This document shows positions 9,833-20,043 of a stretch of 64,000 bases of DNA, in pieces. Each line of letters opens with the position of its first letter. The stretch's first letter is position 1. Below the pieces are notes generated by a model. The model made no database searches. It had not been told where the DNA came from and saw only the letters and a program-made list of their open reading frames with translations. Source of the DNA: an uncultured Clostridia bacterium (GTDB lineage: Bacteria > Bacillota > Clostridia > TANB77 > UBA1234); NCBI GenBank assembly GCA_944393265.1, contig CALXZO010000009.1, forward strand, positions 1,103 through 65,102, read 5' to 3'. The position numbers were made by a program, and so were the translations under genes.

Positions 9833-9990
9833 TCTTTTTATTGTATAGGAAAGTAATCAAAAAATAACAAATTATGTTACCAAATGCTTCCCGTATGAGA
9901 CAACAAAAATTTCATATTTAAAGTCGAGCTTTGCTCGACTTTAAAGAATCAAAAATCTCTGATTTTTTAGATTTTCATTTTTGTTCTTTA
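9833..9990. repeat. ~155-bp structured dispersed repeat, copy A (three consecutive hairpins)
   Basis: near-identical to 12001-12154, 17729-17882 and 32057-32212; internal palindromes ggaaagta...tactttcc, aagtcgagctttgctcgactt, gaaaatcaaaaatc...gattttttagattttc. Confidence 0.8.
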
Positions 9991-10164
9991 ATAGAAAATC
10001 ATCATTGTGAGAAGTGAATATTTGAAAAAACTTGAATTATGCAAAATTAAGTGATATAATATATACGTAGTTTATTGTAAGTGGAGGTGTATTGCAACTG
10101 ATTAGTATGCAGATGTGAACTGGGACTAGAACGGAATGATAGAAAAGTGAAAGGGGAAACACAC

Positions 10165-10731
10165 ATGAAACAGAAGAGAGCGGATTTCATCCGAATGATC
10201 CGCATCGAAAAGCTCTCGATAGAGGAGATTGCCAAGGTTTTGGGCGTCACTCCTTTGACCGTGCGGCGAAACATCCGCAGTAGCTACATCCGAAAGGGAT
10301 GGGCAGAGACGCTACTGGCCGAGGCTAAGGCGAACGCCAAAGCCAAGAAAGTTGAGAAGACTGAGTTGGTGTACTTGCTCGACACCTCTTATCTCCTTAA
10401 CAGGCCTGAGAGTTGTCTGAAGTTGGATGGACGACTGCTCATGCCACGTTTCTGCAGAAACGAGGTGGAACATCTCATTTCAGGAGGAACGGTCGAAAGA
10501 CCGGACCAGGTGAAGCAAGTCCTCGAGATGGCAGATCTCATCTATATTGAGGATTTGCCCCGGGTGGAACTGCCACCCGAAATGGGATTTTTAAAGAGCA
10601 GGAACATCATGTTCCTAAGGTACGCAAGTGCTTTGAGCGCTAGTACCGATAACCTTCGGATCTGCGTGAAGAGCTACGAGCTGCAGAAGCTCTTAGAACT
10701 AAGCCGGATTCACGACGTCGCCTCTCGTTGA
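10165..10731 (+). CDS. GC-rich foreign ORF: HTH plus PIN-like domain protein (putative nuclease/toxin-like)
   Basis: ~50% GC against ~29% background; AAAGGGGA RBS before the ATG at 10165 (ORF track starts 10147); N-terminal HTH (LSIEEIAKVLGVTPLTVRR) and a PIN-like LLDTSYLL ... RNEVEHL segment; contains 4 in-frame CGG Arg codons. Confidence 0.5.
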   Translation: MKQKRADFIRMIRIEKLSIEEIAKVLGVTPLTVRRNIRSSYIRKGWAETLLAEAKANAKAKKVEKTELVYLLDTSYLLNRPESCLKLDGRLLMPRFCRNEVEHLISGGTVERPDQVKQVLEMADLIYIEDLPRVELPPEMGFLKSRNIMFLRYASALSASTDNLRICVKSYELQKLLELSRIHDVASR

Positions 10732-10746
10732 GAGGCGACTTTTTTT
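10717..10746 (+). terminator. rho-independent terminator of the GC-rich ORF
   Basis: gtcgcctctcgttgagaggcgac hairpin overlapping the stop codon, followed by ttttttt. Confidence 0.7.
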
Positions 10747-10870
10747 GTGCAACAATGAAATTTTTAGTGGACGTTCCAAAAGGTTCCACATTAGGATTTT
10801 CCTACCTTGCATATTATTAATATTTGTAATATAATAAATTGGCTAAATTGTTAAAAAGGTGGATGTAAAT

Positions 10871-11935
10871 ATGTTTGATAAATTAGAAAATGTTGAGAAA
10901 AGGTATGAAGAGCTAAATCAAAAAATTAGTGATCCAGATATTATAAGTAACCAAAGTGAGTGGCAAAAACTAATGAAGGAGCATGCGGATTTACAAGATA
11001 TAGTTGAAAAATATAGAGAATATAAAAATACATTAAACTCAATTGAAGAGCTAAAGGAGATGCTAAACGACAGAGAAATGCATGATTTAGCTCAAATGGA
11101 GTTGGACGAGAATAGAGAAAAATTACCTAAAATTGAAGAAGAATTGAAACTTTTATTAGTGCCAAAAGATCCGAACGATGAAAAAAATGTTATTATAGAA
11201 ATAAGAGGAGGCGCAGGCGGAGAAGAGTCTTCATTATTTGCGGGCGATTTATTTAGAATGTACAGTATGTATGCTGAAAAGAAACGTTGGAAATTAGAAG
11301 TACTTAATTTAAATGAAACAGAGCTTGGTGGAATCAAAGAAGTAACTTTTATGATTTCAGGAAAAGGTGCGTATAGTAGATTAAAATTTGAAAGTGGAGT
11401 ACATAGAGTTCAAAGGGTGCCAGATACTGAATCTAGCGGAAGAATTCATACGTCAACTGCTACGGTTGCAGTGCTTCCGGAGGTTAGTGATGTTGAAATT
11501 GAAATTAATCCGACAGACTTAAAAGTTGATACATTTAGGTCAAGTGGCGCTGGTGGTCAACATATTAATAAGACCGAATCAGCAATTAGAATTACACATA
11601 TTCCAACTGGAGTCGTTGTTGAATGTCAAACAGAACGTTCGCAGATTCAAAATAGAGAAACAGCCATGTCGATGCTTCGTTCGAAATTGTATGAAGCAGA
11701 GCTTCAAAAACAATCTGCAGAACAAGCGGAAAAGCGTAAAAGCCAAGTTGGTAGCGGTGATAGATCTGAGAAAATAAGGACATATAATTTCCCGCAAGGC
11801 CGTATAACAGATCATAGAATTGGACTTAGCATGTATCAGGTAGATAATTTTTTAAATGGTGATATTGACGAAATGATAGACGCCTTAAATGCTGCGGATA
11901 GAGCGGCTAAGCTTGCAGCAGATGAAGAAAAATAA
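10871..11935 (+). CDS. prfA: peptide chain release factor 1
   Basis: MFDKLE N-terminus, GGQ motif ([24 protein letters not shown]), RF1-type length. Confidence 0.95.
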   Translation: MFDKLENVEKRYEELNQKISDPDIISNQSEWQKLMKEHADLQDIVEKYREYKNTLNSIEELKEMLNDREMHDLAQMELDENREKLPKIEEELKLLLVPKDPNDEKNVIIEIRGGAGGEESSLFAGDLFRMYSMYAEKKRWKLEVLNLNETELGGIKEVTFMISGKGAYSRLKFESGVHRVQRVPDTESSGRIHTSTATVAVLPEVSDVEIEINPTDLKVDTFRSSGAGGQHINKTESAIRITHIPTGVVVECQTERSQIQNRETAMSMLRSKLYEAELQKQSAEQAEKRKSQVGSGDRSEKIRTYNFPQGRITDHRIGLSMYQVDNFLNGDIDEMIDALNAADRAAKLAADEEK

Positions 11936-12000
11936 AACTACCAAAGAATAGGAGAAAATATTTTAAATTGTGCGGTTCCAAGGTTAGCTAGGAATCGCTT

Positions 12001-12154
12001 TTTTATTTCATAGGAAAGTAATCAAAAATTAACGAATTATGTTACTAAATACTTTCCGTATGAAACAACAAAAATTCCATATTTAAAGTCTAGCTTTGCT
12101 CGACATATGAAAATCAAAAATCTTTGATTTTTTAGATTTTCATTTTTGTTCTTG
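12001..12154. repeat. ~155-bp structured dispersed repeat, copy B
   Basis: ttttatttcataggaaagtaatcaaaaattaacgaattatgttactaaatactttccgtatgaaacaac...gattttttagattttcatttttgttc. Confidence 0.8.
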
Positions 12155-12279
12155 AGGGGTTGTCGCTTGAATTGAATCTTATATATGTTCTTTTAGTATG
12201 CAGATGGAGCATTAATAGCGGATAAGAAAATCATTGATTTTATAAGGAAAAACCAAGTTAAATTTTGTATCCGCAAGCG

Positions 12280-12308
12280 TTGACAAAATTATTTAAAAAT
12301 GATAAAAT
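12280..12308 (+). promoter_or_regulatory. sigma-A-type promoter of the ribosomal protein/EF operon
   Basis: TTGACA, 17-nt spacer, TAAAAT, ~90 nt upstream of the L7Ae-like gene. Confidence 0.6.
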
Positions 12309-12399
12309 CTAGTCTGCTATTATATGGATATTGGCTTGAGTGCTTGTATCCGTAAGATAACAAAAGACTTATTGCTCATAAAGGAGATTGATAGGATAA

Positions 12400-12612
12400 A
12401 TGAAATATGTCGGGGTTAAGCAAGTATTAAGAGCTGCTCAAAACGATGAGGTAAAAGTTGTGTATATTGCTAAGGATGCAGAAAAGAGAGTTACAGAAGA
12501 ATTAATTAAGGTATGTACAGAAAAGAATATTGATATAAACTATATTGAAACTATGGAAGAGCTAGGCAAACTTGCAGGTGTTGATGTTAAGTCATCGGCA
12601 GCGGCAGAATAG
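12400..12612 (+). CDS. ribosomal L7Ae-family protein (YbxF-like)
   Basis: 70-aa ORF at the conserved position just upstream of rpsL; L7Ae-like VYIAKDAE ... GKLAGV signature. Confidence 0.8.
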   Translation: MKYVGVKQVLRAAQNDEVKVVYIAKDAEKRVTEELIKVCTEKNIDINYIETMEELGKLAGVDVKSSAAAE

Positions 12613-12731
12613 ATATCTAGACTTGAATACACGGATTATGGGGGATAGAGTCTAAATTAACTAAAAGCTGATTTCAAGCGCAGTTAGCGTTGAAATATAT
12701 ATTTAAATTACAAGGAGGTGAACGAAAAGAA

Positions 12732-13145
12732 ATGCCAACAATTAATCAATTAGTAAAAAAAGGAAGAAAGTCAAAGACATCTAAATCAAAGGCTCCTGCT
12801 TTGCAAAAGGGTTATAACTCGAAAACAAAGAGAATAACGAATGCATCAAGCCCACAAAAAAGAGGTGTTTGCACAGTCGTAAAGACTACAACTCCTAAGA
12901 AGCCAAACTCAGCTTTAAGAAAAGTTGCTAGGGTTAGACTTACGAACACTCAAGAAGTAACTGCTTATATTCCTGGTATCGGTCACAACTTACAAGAACA
13001 TAGTGTTGTTCTAATAAGGGGTGGAAGAGTAAAGGACCTTCCTGGTGTTAGATATCATATCATCAGAGGAACTTTAGATACGGCTGGTGTAAAAGACAGA
13101 AAACAAGGCAGATCACGTTATGGAGCAAAGAAACCTAAGAATTAA
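12732..13145 (+). CDS. rpsL: 30S ribosomal protein S12
   Basis: [14 protein letters not shown]-terminus; [11 protein letters not shown] motif. Confidence 0.95.
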   Translation: MPTINQLVKKGRKSKTSKSKAPALQKGYNSKTKRITNASSPQKRGVCTVVKTTTPKKPNSALRKVARVRLTNTQEVTAYIPGIGHNLQEHSVVLIRGGRVKDLPGVRYHIIRGTLDTAGVKDRKQGRSRYGAKKPKN

Positions 13146-13262
13146 TTAGGAAAATTTAGAGTGCTTATTATATAGATTGTAATAAAGCACTTGCTGGGGC
13201 AACCCAGAGTACCTTGGCATACGGTATTTTATGTATGCTAGAATTACAAGGAGGGAAGAATA

Positions 13263-13733
13263 GTGCCAAGAAAAGGTTATATAGCAAAAAGAGAAATTTT
13301 ACCAGATCCTTTATATAACAGTAAGTTAGTTACTAAACTTATTAATAATGTTATGGAAAGCGGTAAAAAGCAACTAGCACAAAGAATTGTTTATGGCGCA
13401 TTTGAAATTGTTGCAGAAAAAACAGGAAAAGAACCGTTAGCAGCATTTGATGAAGCTATGAATAATATAATGCCTGTACTTGAAGTAAAAGCTAGAAGAG
13501 TCGGAGGAGCAACTTACCAAGTTCCAATGGAAATTAGAGCTGAGAGAAGACAAGCGTTAGGATTAAGATGGCTAGTAAGATACGCTAGAGAGCGTAATGA
13601 AAAAACAATGAAAGAGAAATTGGCTGGCGAGATAATGGATGCTATAAACAGCATGGGCGGAGCTTTCAAGAAGAAAGAAGATACGCACAGAATGGCTGAA
13701 GCAAATAAAGCTTTTGCACATTATCGCTGGTAA
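13263..13733 (+). CDS. rpsG: 30S ribosomal protein S7
   Basis: GTG start after a GGAGGG RBS; PRKG ... [20 protein letters not shown]7 signature. Confidence 0.95.
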   Translation: MPRKGYIAKREILPDPLYNSKLVTKLINNVMESGKKQLAQRIVYGAFEIVAEKTGKEPLAAFDEAMNNIMPVLEVKARRVGGATYQVPMEIRAERRQALGLRWLVRYARERNEKTMKEKLAGEIMDAINSMGGAFKKKEDTHRMAEANKAFAHYRW

Positions 13734-13779
13734 TAAATGATTTCACAATAGATAACTAATAAAGATAGGAGGAAAACGA

Positions 13780-15867
13780 GTGGCTACCGAGAGAAAATAT
13801 TCACTTGAAAAAACAAGAAATATAGGTATAATGGCTCACATAGATGCTGGTAAAACAACAACTACGGAGCGTATACTATTTTATACAGGTAAAACACATA
13901 AAATAGGTGAAGTTCACGAAGGTGCAGCTACCATGGACTGGATGGTTCAAGAACAAGAAAGAGGTATCACAATTACTTCTGCTGCAACAACTTGTTTTTG
14001 GAAGGATCATAGAATAAATATTATAGACACTCCAGGGCACGTTGACTTTACGGTTGAAGTTGAGCGTTCGCTTAGGGTTCTAGACGGTTCAGTTACAGTA
14101 TTTTGCGCTAAAGGTGGAGTTCAACCACAATCAGAAACTGTTTGGAGACAAGCAGACAAATACAAAGTTCCAAGAATGTGCTATGTTAATAAAATGGATA
14201 CAACAGGTGCAGACTTTTTTGGCTGTGTAAAGCAAATGAGAGAAAGACTTCATGCAAATGCTATTCCAATTCAATTACCTATTGGAGCCGAGGATAGTTT
14301 TGCAGGTGTTGTTGACCTAATTAAAATGAAAGCTATCATTCATAAAGATGATTTAGGAAAACAATTTGAAGAAACAGAAATCCCAGAGGATTTGAAAGAG
14401 ATGGCTGAAAAATATCGTCAAGAGATGATTGAAGCTGCTGCAGAACAAGACGAAGAATTAATGATGAAATATCTTGAGGGGGAAGAGCTTACAGAAGATG
14501 AGATAAAGAAAGGATTAAGAGTAGGAACAATTAATGTTAAGCTTACACCTGTTTGTTGTGGTTCTTCGTATAAAAATAAAGGAGTTCAAGAGTTGTTAGA
14601 TGCAATAATTGCATTTATGCCATCACCAGTTGATATTCCAGCGATTAAGGGAATCGATCCAAATACTGATACAGAGGTGGAGAGAAAAGCATCTGATAGC
14701 GAGCCATTTTCAGCTTTAGCATTTAAGATTGCAACAGATCCATTTGTTGGAAAACTTTGTTTCTTTAGGGTTTACTCTGGAACGTTAGATGCAGGAACTA
14801 CTGTATTAAATACAAGTAAGGGAAAGAAAGAGAGAATAGGAAGAATTCTACAGATGCATGCAAATCATAGAGAAGATATCGACAAAGTATTTGCTGGTGA
14901 TATTGCTGCAGCTGTCGGATTAAAGGATGTAGCAACTGGAGATACTCTTTGTGTTGAGAACGCCCCGGTTATACTAGAATCAATGGAATTCCCAGAACCG
15001 GTTATTTCGGTTGCAATTGAGCCAAAAACAAAGGCGGACCAAGAAAAGATGGGTATTGCTTTATCGAAATTAGCTGAAGAGGACCCAACATTTAAAACAT
15101 ACACGAACCAAGAGACTGGACAAACAATTATCGCTGGTATGGGTGAGCTACACCTAGATATCATTGTTGATAGATTGAAGAGAGAGTTTAAGGTTGAATG
15201 TAATGTTGGTGCACCACAAGTTGCATATAAAGAGACGATTAGGAATAAAGTAAAAGCGCAAGGTAAATTTATTAGACAATCTGGTGGTAGAGGACAATAT
15301 GGTGATGTATGGTTCGAGCTAGAGCCATTAGAGCCAGGCTCAGGAATTCAATTCGAAAGCAAAATCGTTGGTGGTGTTGTTCCTAGAGAATACATTAAGC
15401 CAACTGAAGAAGGATTTAGAGAAGCAACTAACGTTGGTATTCTTGCTGGTTATCCAGTAGTTGATGTTAAAGCAACATTAGTCGATGGATCTTACCACGA
15501 TGTTGACTCGTCAGAAATGGCATTTAAGATTGCAGCTTCTATGGCATTCAAAGAGTGCTGCAAATTAGCAAAACCAGTACTACTAGAGCCTATTATGAGA
15601 GTAGAAATAGTAGTTCCAGAAGAATACATGGGAGATGTTATTGGAGACGTTAACTCTAGAAGAGGTAGACTAGAGGGAATGGATGACCAAGGTGGAATGA
15701 AGATAATAAGAGCGTTTATTCCACTTTCTGAGATGTTTGGTTATGCTACAGACCTTCGTTCAAGAACACAAGGTAGAGGAACATATTCAATGGAACCAAG
15801 TCACAATGAAGAAGTTCCAAAATCAATTATGGAATCTATTACAGCTCAAAGAAATAAGAAAGACTAG
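13780..15867 (+). CDS. fusA: elongation factor G
   Basis: GTG start; [21 protein letters not shown]-domain, 695 aa. Confidence 0.95.
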   Translation: MATERKYSLEKTRNIGIMAHIDAGKTTTTERILFYTGKTHKIGEVHEGAATMDWMVQEQERGITITSAATTCFWKDHRINIIDTPGHVDFTVEVERSLRVLDGSVTVFCAKGGVQPQSETVWRQADKYKVPRMCYVNKMDTTGADFFGCVKQMRERLHANAIPIQLPIGAEDSFAGVVDLIKMKAIIHKDDLGKQFEETEIPEDLKEMAEKYRQEMIEAAAEQDEELMMKYLEGEELTEDEIKKGLRVGTINVKLTPVCCGSSYKNKGVQELLDAIIAFMPSPVDIPAIKGIDPNTDTEVERKASDSEPFSALAFKIATDPFVGKLCFFRVYSGTLDAGTTVLNTSKGKKERIGRILQMHANHREDIDKVFAGDIAAAVGLKDVATGDTLCVENAPVILESMEFPEPVISVAIEPKTKADQEKMGIALSKLAEEDPTFKTYTNQETGQTIIAGMGELHLDIIVDRLKREFKVECNVGAPQVAYKETIRNKVKAQGKFIRQSGGRGQYGDVWFELEPLEPGSGIQFESKIVGGVVPREYIKPTEEGFREATNVGILAGYPVVDVKATLVDGSYHDVDSSEMAFKIAASMAFKECCKLAKPVLLEPIMRVEIVVPEEYMGDVIGDVNSRRGRLEGMDDQGGMKIIRAFIPLSEMFGYATDLRSRTQGRGTYSMEPSHNEEVPKSIMESITAQRNKKD

Positions 15868-16022
15868 GCAAGAACACTTAAACTGATAACTTGTAAAAAG
15901 TGTTGCCAAAAAGAAAAAAGTTATATAGAATATATATTTGAAATAAGGGCGATAGACTCTTTGCAAATTTATTTTAGATATCATTATTGAAAATATAAAA
16001 AAATAAAAGGAGGAAAAATATT

Positions 16023-17225
16023 ATGGCAAAAGAAAAGTTTGAAAGAAATAAGCCACATGTCAATATTGGTACAATCGGACATGTTGACCATGGTAAAACT
16101 ACTTTAACAGCAGCTATTACAAAAGTATTATCTTTAAAAGGAGAAGCAGAATTTAAAGCTTACGATCAAATCGATGGAGCACCAGAAGAAAAAGCAAGAG
16201 GAATCACAATTAATACAGCACACGTTGAATATCAAACAGAGGCTAGACACTATGCACACGTTGACTGCCCAGGACACGCAGACTACGTTAAGAACATGAT
16301 TACAGGTGCTGCTCAAATGGATGGAGCAATCCTTGTTGTTTCAGCAGCAGATGGCCCAATGCCACAAACAAGAGAGCATATCCTACTTGCAAGACAAGTT
16401 GGAGTTCCTTATATCGTAGTATTCTTAAATAAATGCGATATGGTTGACGATCCAGAACTATTAGAACTAGTTGAAATGGAAGTTAGAGAATTATTAAATA
16501 AATATGAATTCCCTGGAGATACAACTCCAATCATTAGAGGCTCAGGATTAAAAGTTCTTGAATCTACATCAACAGATCCAAATGCACCAGAATATGAGTG
16601 CATCAGAGAATTAATGAAAACTGTTGATGAGTATATCCCTACTCCTCAAAGACCAGTTGATCAACCATTCCTAATGCCAGTTGAGGACGTTTTCACAATT
16701 ACAGGACGTGGAACAGTTGCAACAGGTAGAGTTGAGAGAGGTATTGTAAAGCTTTCTGACGAAGTTGAGATCGTTGGTATAGCAAAAGAAACAAAGAAGA
16801 CAGTTGTAACAGGTGTTGAAATGTTTAGAAAATTGCTAGACCAAGCAGAGGCAGGAGATAATATCGGTGTACTTTTAAGAGGTATCCAAAGAAATGAAAT
16901 TGAGAGAGGTCAAGTTCTTGCAAAACCAGGAACAATACGTCCACATACTTCATTCAAAGGAGAGGTATACGTATTGACTAAAGAAGAGGGTGGAAGACAC
17001 AAGCCATTCTTTAGTAATTATAGACCACAATTCTATTTCAGAACAACAGACGTTACAGGAGTTATAACATTACCTGCTGGAACAGAAATGGTTATGCCAG
17101 GTGATAACGTAACTATGGATATAGAATTAATCACACCAATAGCTATTGAAAAGGGACTTAAGTTCGCTATTCGTGAAGGCGGAAAAACAGTTGGTGCGGG
17201 TATCGTTACAGAAATTAAAGAGTAA
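16023..17225 (+). CDS. tuf: elongation factor Tu
   Basis: [33 protein letters not shown]; 400 aa. Confidence 0.95.
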   Translation: MAKEKFERNKPHVNIGTIGHVDHGKTTLTAAITKVLSLKGEAEFKAYDQIDGAPEEKARGITINTAHVEYQTEARHYAHVDCPGHADYVKNMITGAAQMDGAILVVSAADGPMPQTREHILLARQVGVPYIVVFLNKCDMVDDPELLELVEMEVRELLNKYEFPGDTTPIIRGSGLKVLESTSTDPNAPEYECIRELMKTVDEYIPTPQRPVDQPFLMPVEDVFTITGRGTVATGRVERGIVKLSDEVEIVGIAKETKKTVVTGVEMFRKLLDQAEAGDNIGVLLRGIQRNEIERGQVLAKPGTIRPHTSFKGEVYVLTKEEGGRHKPFFSNYRPQFYFRTTDVTGVITLPAGTEMVMPGDNVTMDIELITPIAIEKGLKFAIREGGKTVGAGIVTEIKE

Positions 17226-17258
17226 TTTTATCATACAGATTATAATAAGAACCTCCAA

Positions 17259-17281
17259 GACTAGAAACTATCTAGTTTTTG
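17259..17281 (+). terminator. rho-independent terminator after tuf
   Basis: ctagaaactatctag hairpin followed by ttttt. Confidence 0.55.
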
Positions 17282-17289
17282 GGGGTTTT

Positions 17290-17335
17290 ATTTTTATTTC
17301 ATACGGAAAGTATTTAATAACATAATACGCTAATT
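17290..17335. repeat. partial collapsed copy (E) of the ~155-bp repeat
   Basis: tttatttcatacggaaagtatttaataacataat matches the left arm and inner inverted segment of the first hairpin of the family. Confidence 0.4.
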
Positions 17336-17362
17336 GGTAAGTATCTTCTTATGAAATAAAAA

Positions 17363-17383
17363 ACTCCCGAAAAATTCGGGAGT
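17363..17383 (-). terminator. hairpin terminator serving the minus-strand GC-rich ORF
   Basis: actcccgaaaaattcgggagt perfect stem; the U-run is on the minus strand (aaaaaa at 17357-17362 on plus). Confidence 0.55.
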
Positions 17384-17401
17384 AAAGAGCCATTTCAACG
17401 G

Positions 17402-17629
17402 TTAGTCGGGCGGGTGAATGTACGAGATCCAGCCCCTATGGAACAAGAACACATTCATACCGTCCCGCTGCAACTCGCTGGCAGAAACAATCCTCGTTTC
17501 ACAGGCATGCCGCGAAAACGGAGAGTTGCAGTTTGCGCAAAACTGCACGTCGTTACCAGTACCTTCTAGGCACAAAGCTTTGCACCTAGAACAGACTCTG
17601 AGCATCACGTTCGGTTCAGGACTATTCAT
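17402..17629 (-). CDS. GC-rich foreign ORF: small Cys-rich zinc-ribbon-like protein (75 aa)
   Basis: ~52% GC; strong AAAGGAGGG RBS 7 nt before the ATG; CxxC ... CxxC spacing (CSRCKALC ... FCANCNS); own terminator; 2 in-frame CGG codons. Confidence 0.45.
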   Translation of the reverse strand: MNSPEPNVMLRVCSRCKALCLEGTGNDVQFCANCNSPFSRHACETRIVSASELQRDGMNVFLFHRGWISYIHPPD

Positions 17630-17728
17630 TGAGGTCCCTCCTTTTTTGTTTGTTTAGCATTAACATTATATCACGACATTTGTATATAAGCAAGCAAAAA
17701 GATAGGCAAGAATTAAGGATAATGCTGT

Positions 17729-17882
17729 TTTTTATTTCATAGGAAAGTAATCAAAAATTAATGAATTATGTTACCAAATACTTCCCGTATGAAACAACAA
17801 AAATTTCATATTTAAAGTCGAGCTTTGCTCGACATATGAAAATCAAAAATCTTTGATTTTTTAGATTTTCATTTTTGTTCTC
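17729..17882. repeat. ~155-bp structured dispersed repeat, copy C
   Basis: near-identical to copies A, B and D. Confidence 0.8.
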
Positions 17883-18117
17883 TTTTAATTTGCATTTTAT
17901 GTTCTGATGTAATATAATGCCATGGTATAGTAATATATATTAGAAAAATATAATAATAATGAGATAAAGCAGTTTAGATTCTTTAATTTTAATTATTTTT
18001 TATGTCTAATAAAAATAGTAAATGGTTGAAGGATTTGAGGTACTGTTTAATATAATAAAAATTTAAAAAGGAGGGAGTTTCGTATAGTGTTTATAGTGCA
18101 TTATACGGGTAATTTTA

Positions 18118-19293
18118 ATGAAGATTTTAGTTGATGCTATGGGAGGAGATAAAAGCCCAGATGAGATCATCAAAGGTTGTGTTGATGCGATTGATGTTCT
18201 TGAGTCCGAGATAATTTTGATTGGTAATGAGGAAATTATTAATCAAAAAGTAAAGGAATTTTATGGAAAAGAAAAATTATCAGAAATTAATTCAAAGTTA
18301 TCGATAAGAAATGCTAATACTGTAATTCAAAACGAAGAAGCTCCAACAATTGCAATAAAGACAAAGAAAGATTCGTCTATGGTTGTTGGATTTAATATGC
18401 TAAAAAATGGAGAAGGCGATGCGTTTGTTTCAGCTGGCAGCACAGGTGCCTTTATGACAGGTGGATTGCTTCTTGTAGGAAGAATAAAAGGTATTGACCG
18501 TCCAGCGCTTTGTCCAATTTTGCCAACATATAACGGCAAAGGATTCATGCTAATTGATTGTGGGGCAAATACAAATTGCAGACCTATTAATTTATTTCAG
18601 TTTGCTACAATGGGAAAAATATATATGAACAAAGTTATGCATATTGATGATCCAGTGGTTGGATTACTTAACATAGGAACTGAAGAAGGCAAAGGAAGTT
18701 TGCTAACAAAAGAGGCATTTACGCAATTCGCAGAAACAGATGAGTTTAATTTTTATGGTAATATTGAAGGTAGAGAAATATTTAATGGAGATGTTAATGT
18801 TGTCGTTACCGATGGATTTACTGGAAACGTTACATTAAAAACAATTGAAGGAATGGGTTCTATGGTTAGCAAAATGCTAAAAGAAGAATTGTACGCTAAT
18901 CCATGGAGAAAGTTCTTAGCATTACTACTAATGCCAGCCTTGAAAAGATTTAAGAAAAGAATGGATTATAGTGAATATGGCGGGGCACTATTACTTGGAA
19001 TTAAGAAACCTTTAATAAAATGCCACGGAACAGCCAATGCTAAAATAGTAAAATATACATTAATTCAAGCTGAAAACTTTGCTAAAAATAGAGCGGTGGA
19101 GACGATTGAAGAAGAATTTGTAAAGCTATCGAAGTTGCAAAAAGATTCTGAAATAGAAGAAAATGTGGTAAACAATAATTATAGTAAGGAAAATCTATCT
19201 CAAAACAAAACTGAAATTCCAATAGAAGACACAAAACTAAAAAATGCGAAAGAACATGTGAAGGGTAATAGAAAAAGCAAGAAGAAAAAATGA
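18118..19293 (+). CDS. plsX: phosphate acyltransferase PlsX, with an unusual ~60-aa Lys/Glu-rich C-terminal extension
   Basis: MKILVDAMGGDKSPDEII ... PlsX signature; 391 aa against the usual ~330. Confidence 0.9.
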   Translation: MKILVDAMGGDKSPDEIIKGCVDAIDVLESEIILIGNEEIINQKVKEFYGKEKLSEINSKLSIRNANTVIQNEEAPTIAIKTKKDSSMVVGFNMLKNGEGDAFVSAGSTGAFMTGGLLLVGRIKGIDRPALCPILPTYNGKGFMLIDCGANTNCRPINLFQFATMGKIYMNKVMHIDDPVVGLLNIGTEEGKGSLLTKEAFTQFAETDEFNFYGNIEGREIFNGDVNVVVTDGFTGNVTLKTIEGMGSMVSKMLKEELYANPWRKFLALLLMPALKRFKKRMDYSEYGGALLLGIKKPLIKCHGTANAKIVKYTLIQAENFAKNRAVETIEEEFVKLSKLQKDSEIEENVVNNNYSKENLSQNKTEIPIEDTKLKNAKEHVKGNRKSKKKK

Positions 19294-19664
19294 TTATATA
19301 TTTTGGCTTTAAAATGTTGATAAATAAAATATAGCATGGAAAAAGTATGTGTATTATAGAATAGAGCTGAGGAATCATTTGTTCTATGTTGTAAAATAAA
19401 TAAAATGTATATGAGATTATGTGTATGATAATAATAAATATTGTGTTAATCATTTGCCATTTTTCTTTTATCAATAAAGCTTTAGATATACATACATTTA
19501 CGTTCTTAAGAACAAAGGATTGAAAAACATGAATTAAAATATATTGACAATTGTACAAACATATACTATTGTTAAAATGTAGAAAAACACAAGTGATTAG
19601 TTTAAGTAATTATTTGCTAAATTAACTGCTTGGAGTAAAACAAAAGTGAAAGGAGGCCATTTGG

Positions 19665-19904
19665 ATGAATCCAGATGCAATTTTTGAAAAGGTTAAAGAA
19701 GTTATAATAGACAGATTAGCAGTTGAGGAAGACGCTATTAAAATGGAAACTTCATTTATTGATGATTTGGGGGCTGATTCCTTAGATATAGTTGAACTTA
19801 TTATGGCATTAGAGCAAGAGTTTGACTTACAAATTCCAGATAGCGAAGCAGAGAAGATAATGACAGTTGGAGATGTTGTTGAATATATAAAGAACAACAA
19901 ATAA
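19665..19904 (+). CDS. acpP: acyl carrier protein
   Basis: 79 aa; [15 protein letters not shown] phosphopantetheine-attachment motif; AAAGGAGG RBS. Confidence 0.9.
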   Translation: MNPDAIFEKVKEVIIDRLAVEEDAIKMETSFIDDLGADSLDIVELIMALEQEFDLQIPDSEAEKIMTVGDVVEYIKNNK

Positions 19905-20043
19905 GTGTTAGTTTCGAAGAATTAAATGTAAATATGTAATAAGTATTTGCGAGTTTGATTTAAAATGAAAGTGGCTTCAATTATCTGAATGCCACCTTTT
20001 TTAGCGTATAATCTAAATTGTGTTATGTGAAAGGAAAGAAGAG

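Noticed and set aside
9616-9867. 83-aa Cys-rich ORF overlapping the 9542-9823 ORF in another frame
   Set aside because: It overlaps another candidate over most of its length, has no RBS, and most of its Cys codons arise from the TGT/TGC-rich complement of the other frame. I could not decide which, if either, is real, so only one is listed, at low confidence.
10859-10870. GTG at 10859 as the prfA start (ORF-track coordinate)
   Set aside because: The ATG at 10871 gives the canonical MFDKLE RF1 N-terminus. The upstream codons add VDVN with no RBS advantage.
17390-17650. Reading the GC-rich segment after tuf as a housekeeping ncRNA (RNase P RNA, 6S, tmRNA or SRP RNA)
   Set aside because: No conserved motifs of those RNAs are recognisable. 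The segment contains a clean RBS-ATG-ORF-terminator unit with zinc-ribbon Cys spacing. A novel structured RNA cannot be excluded without a covariance search.
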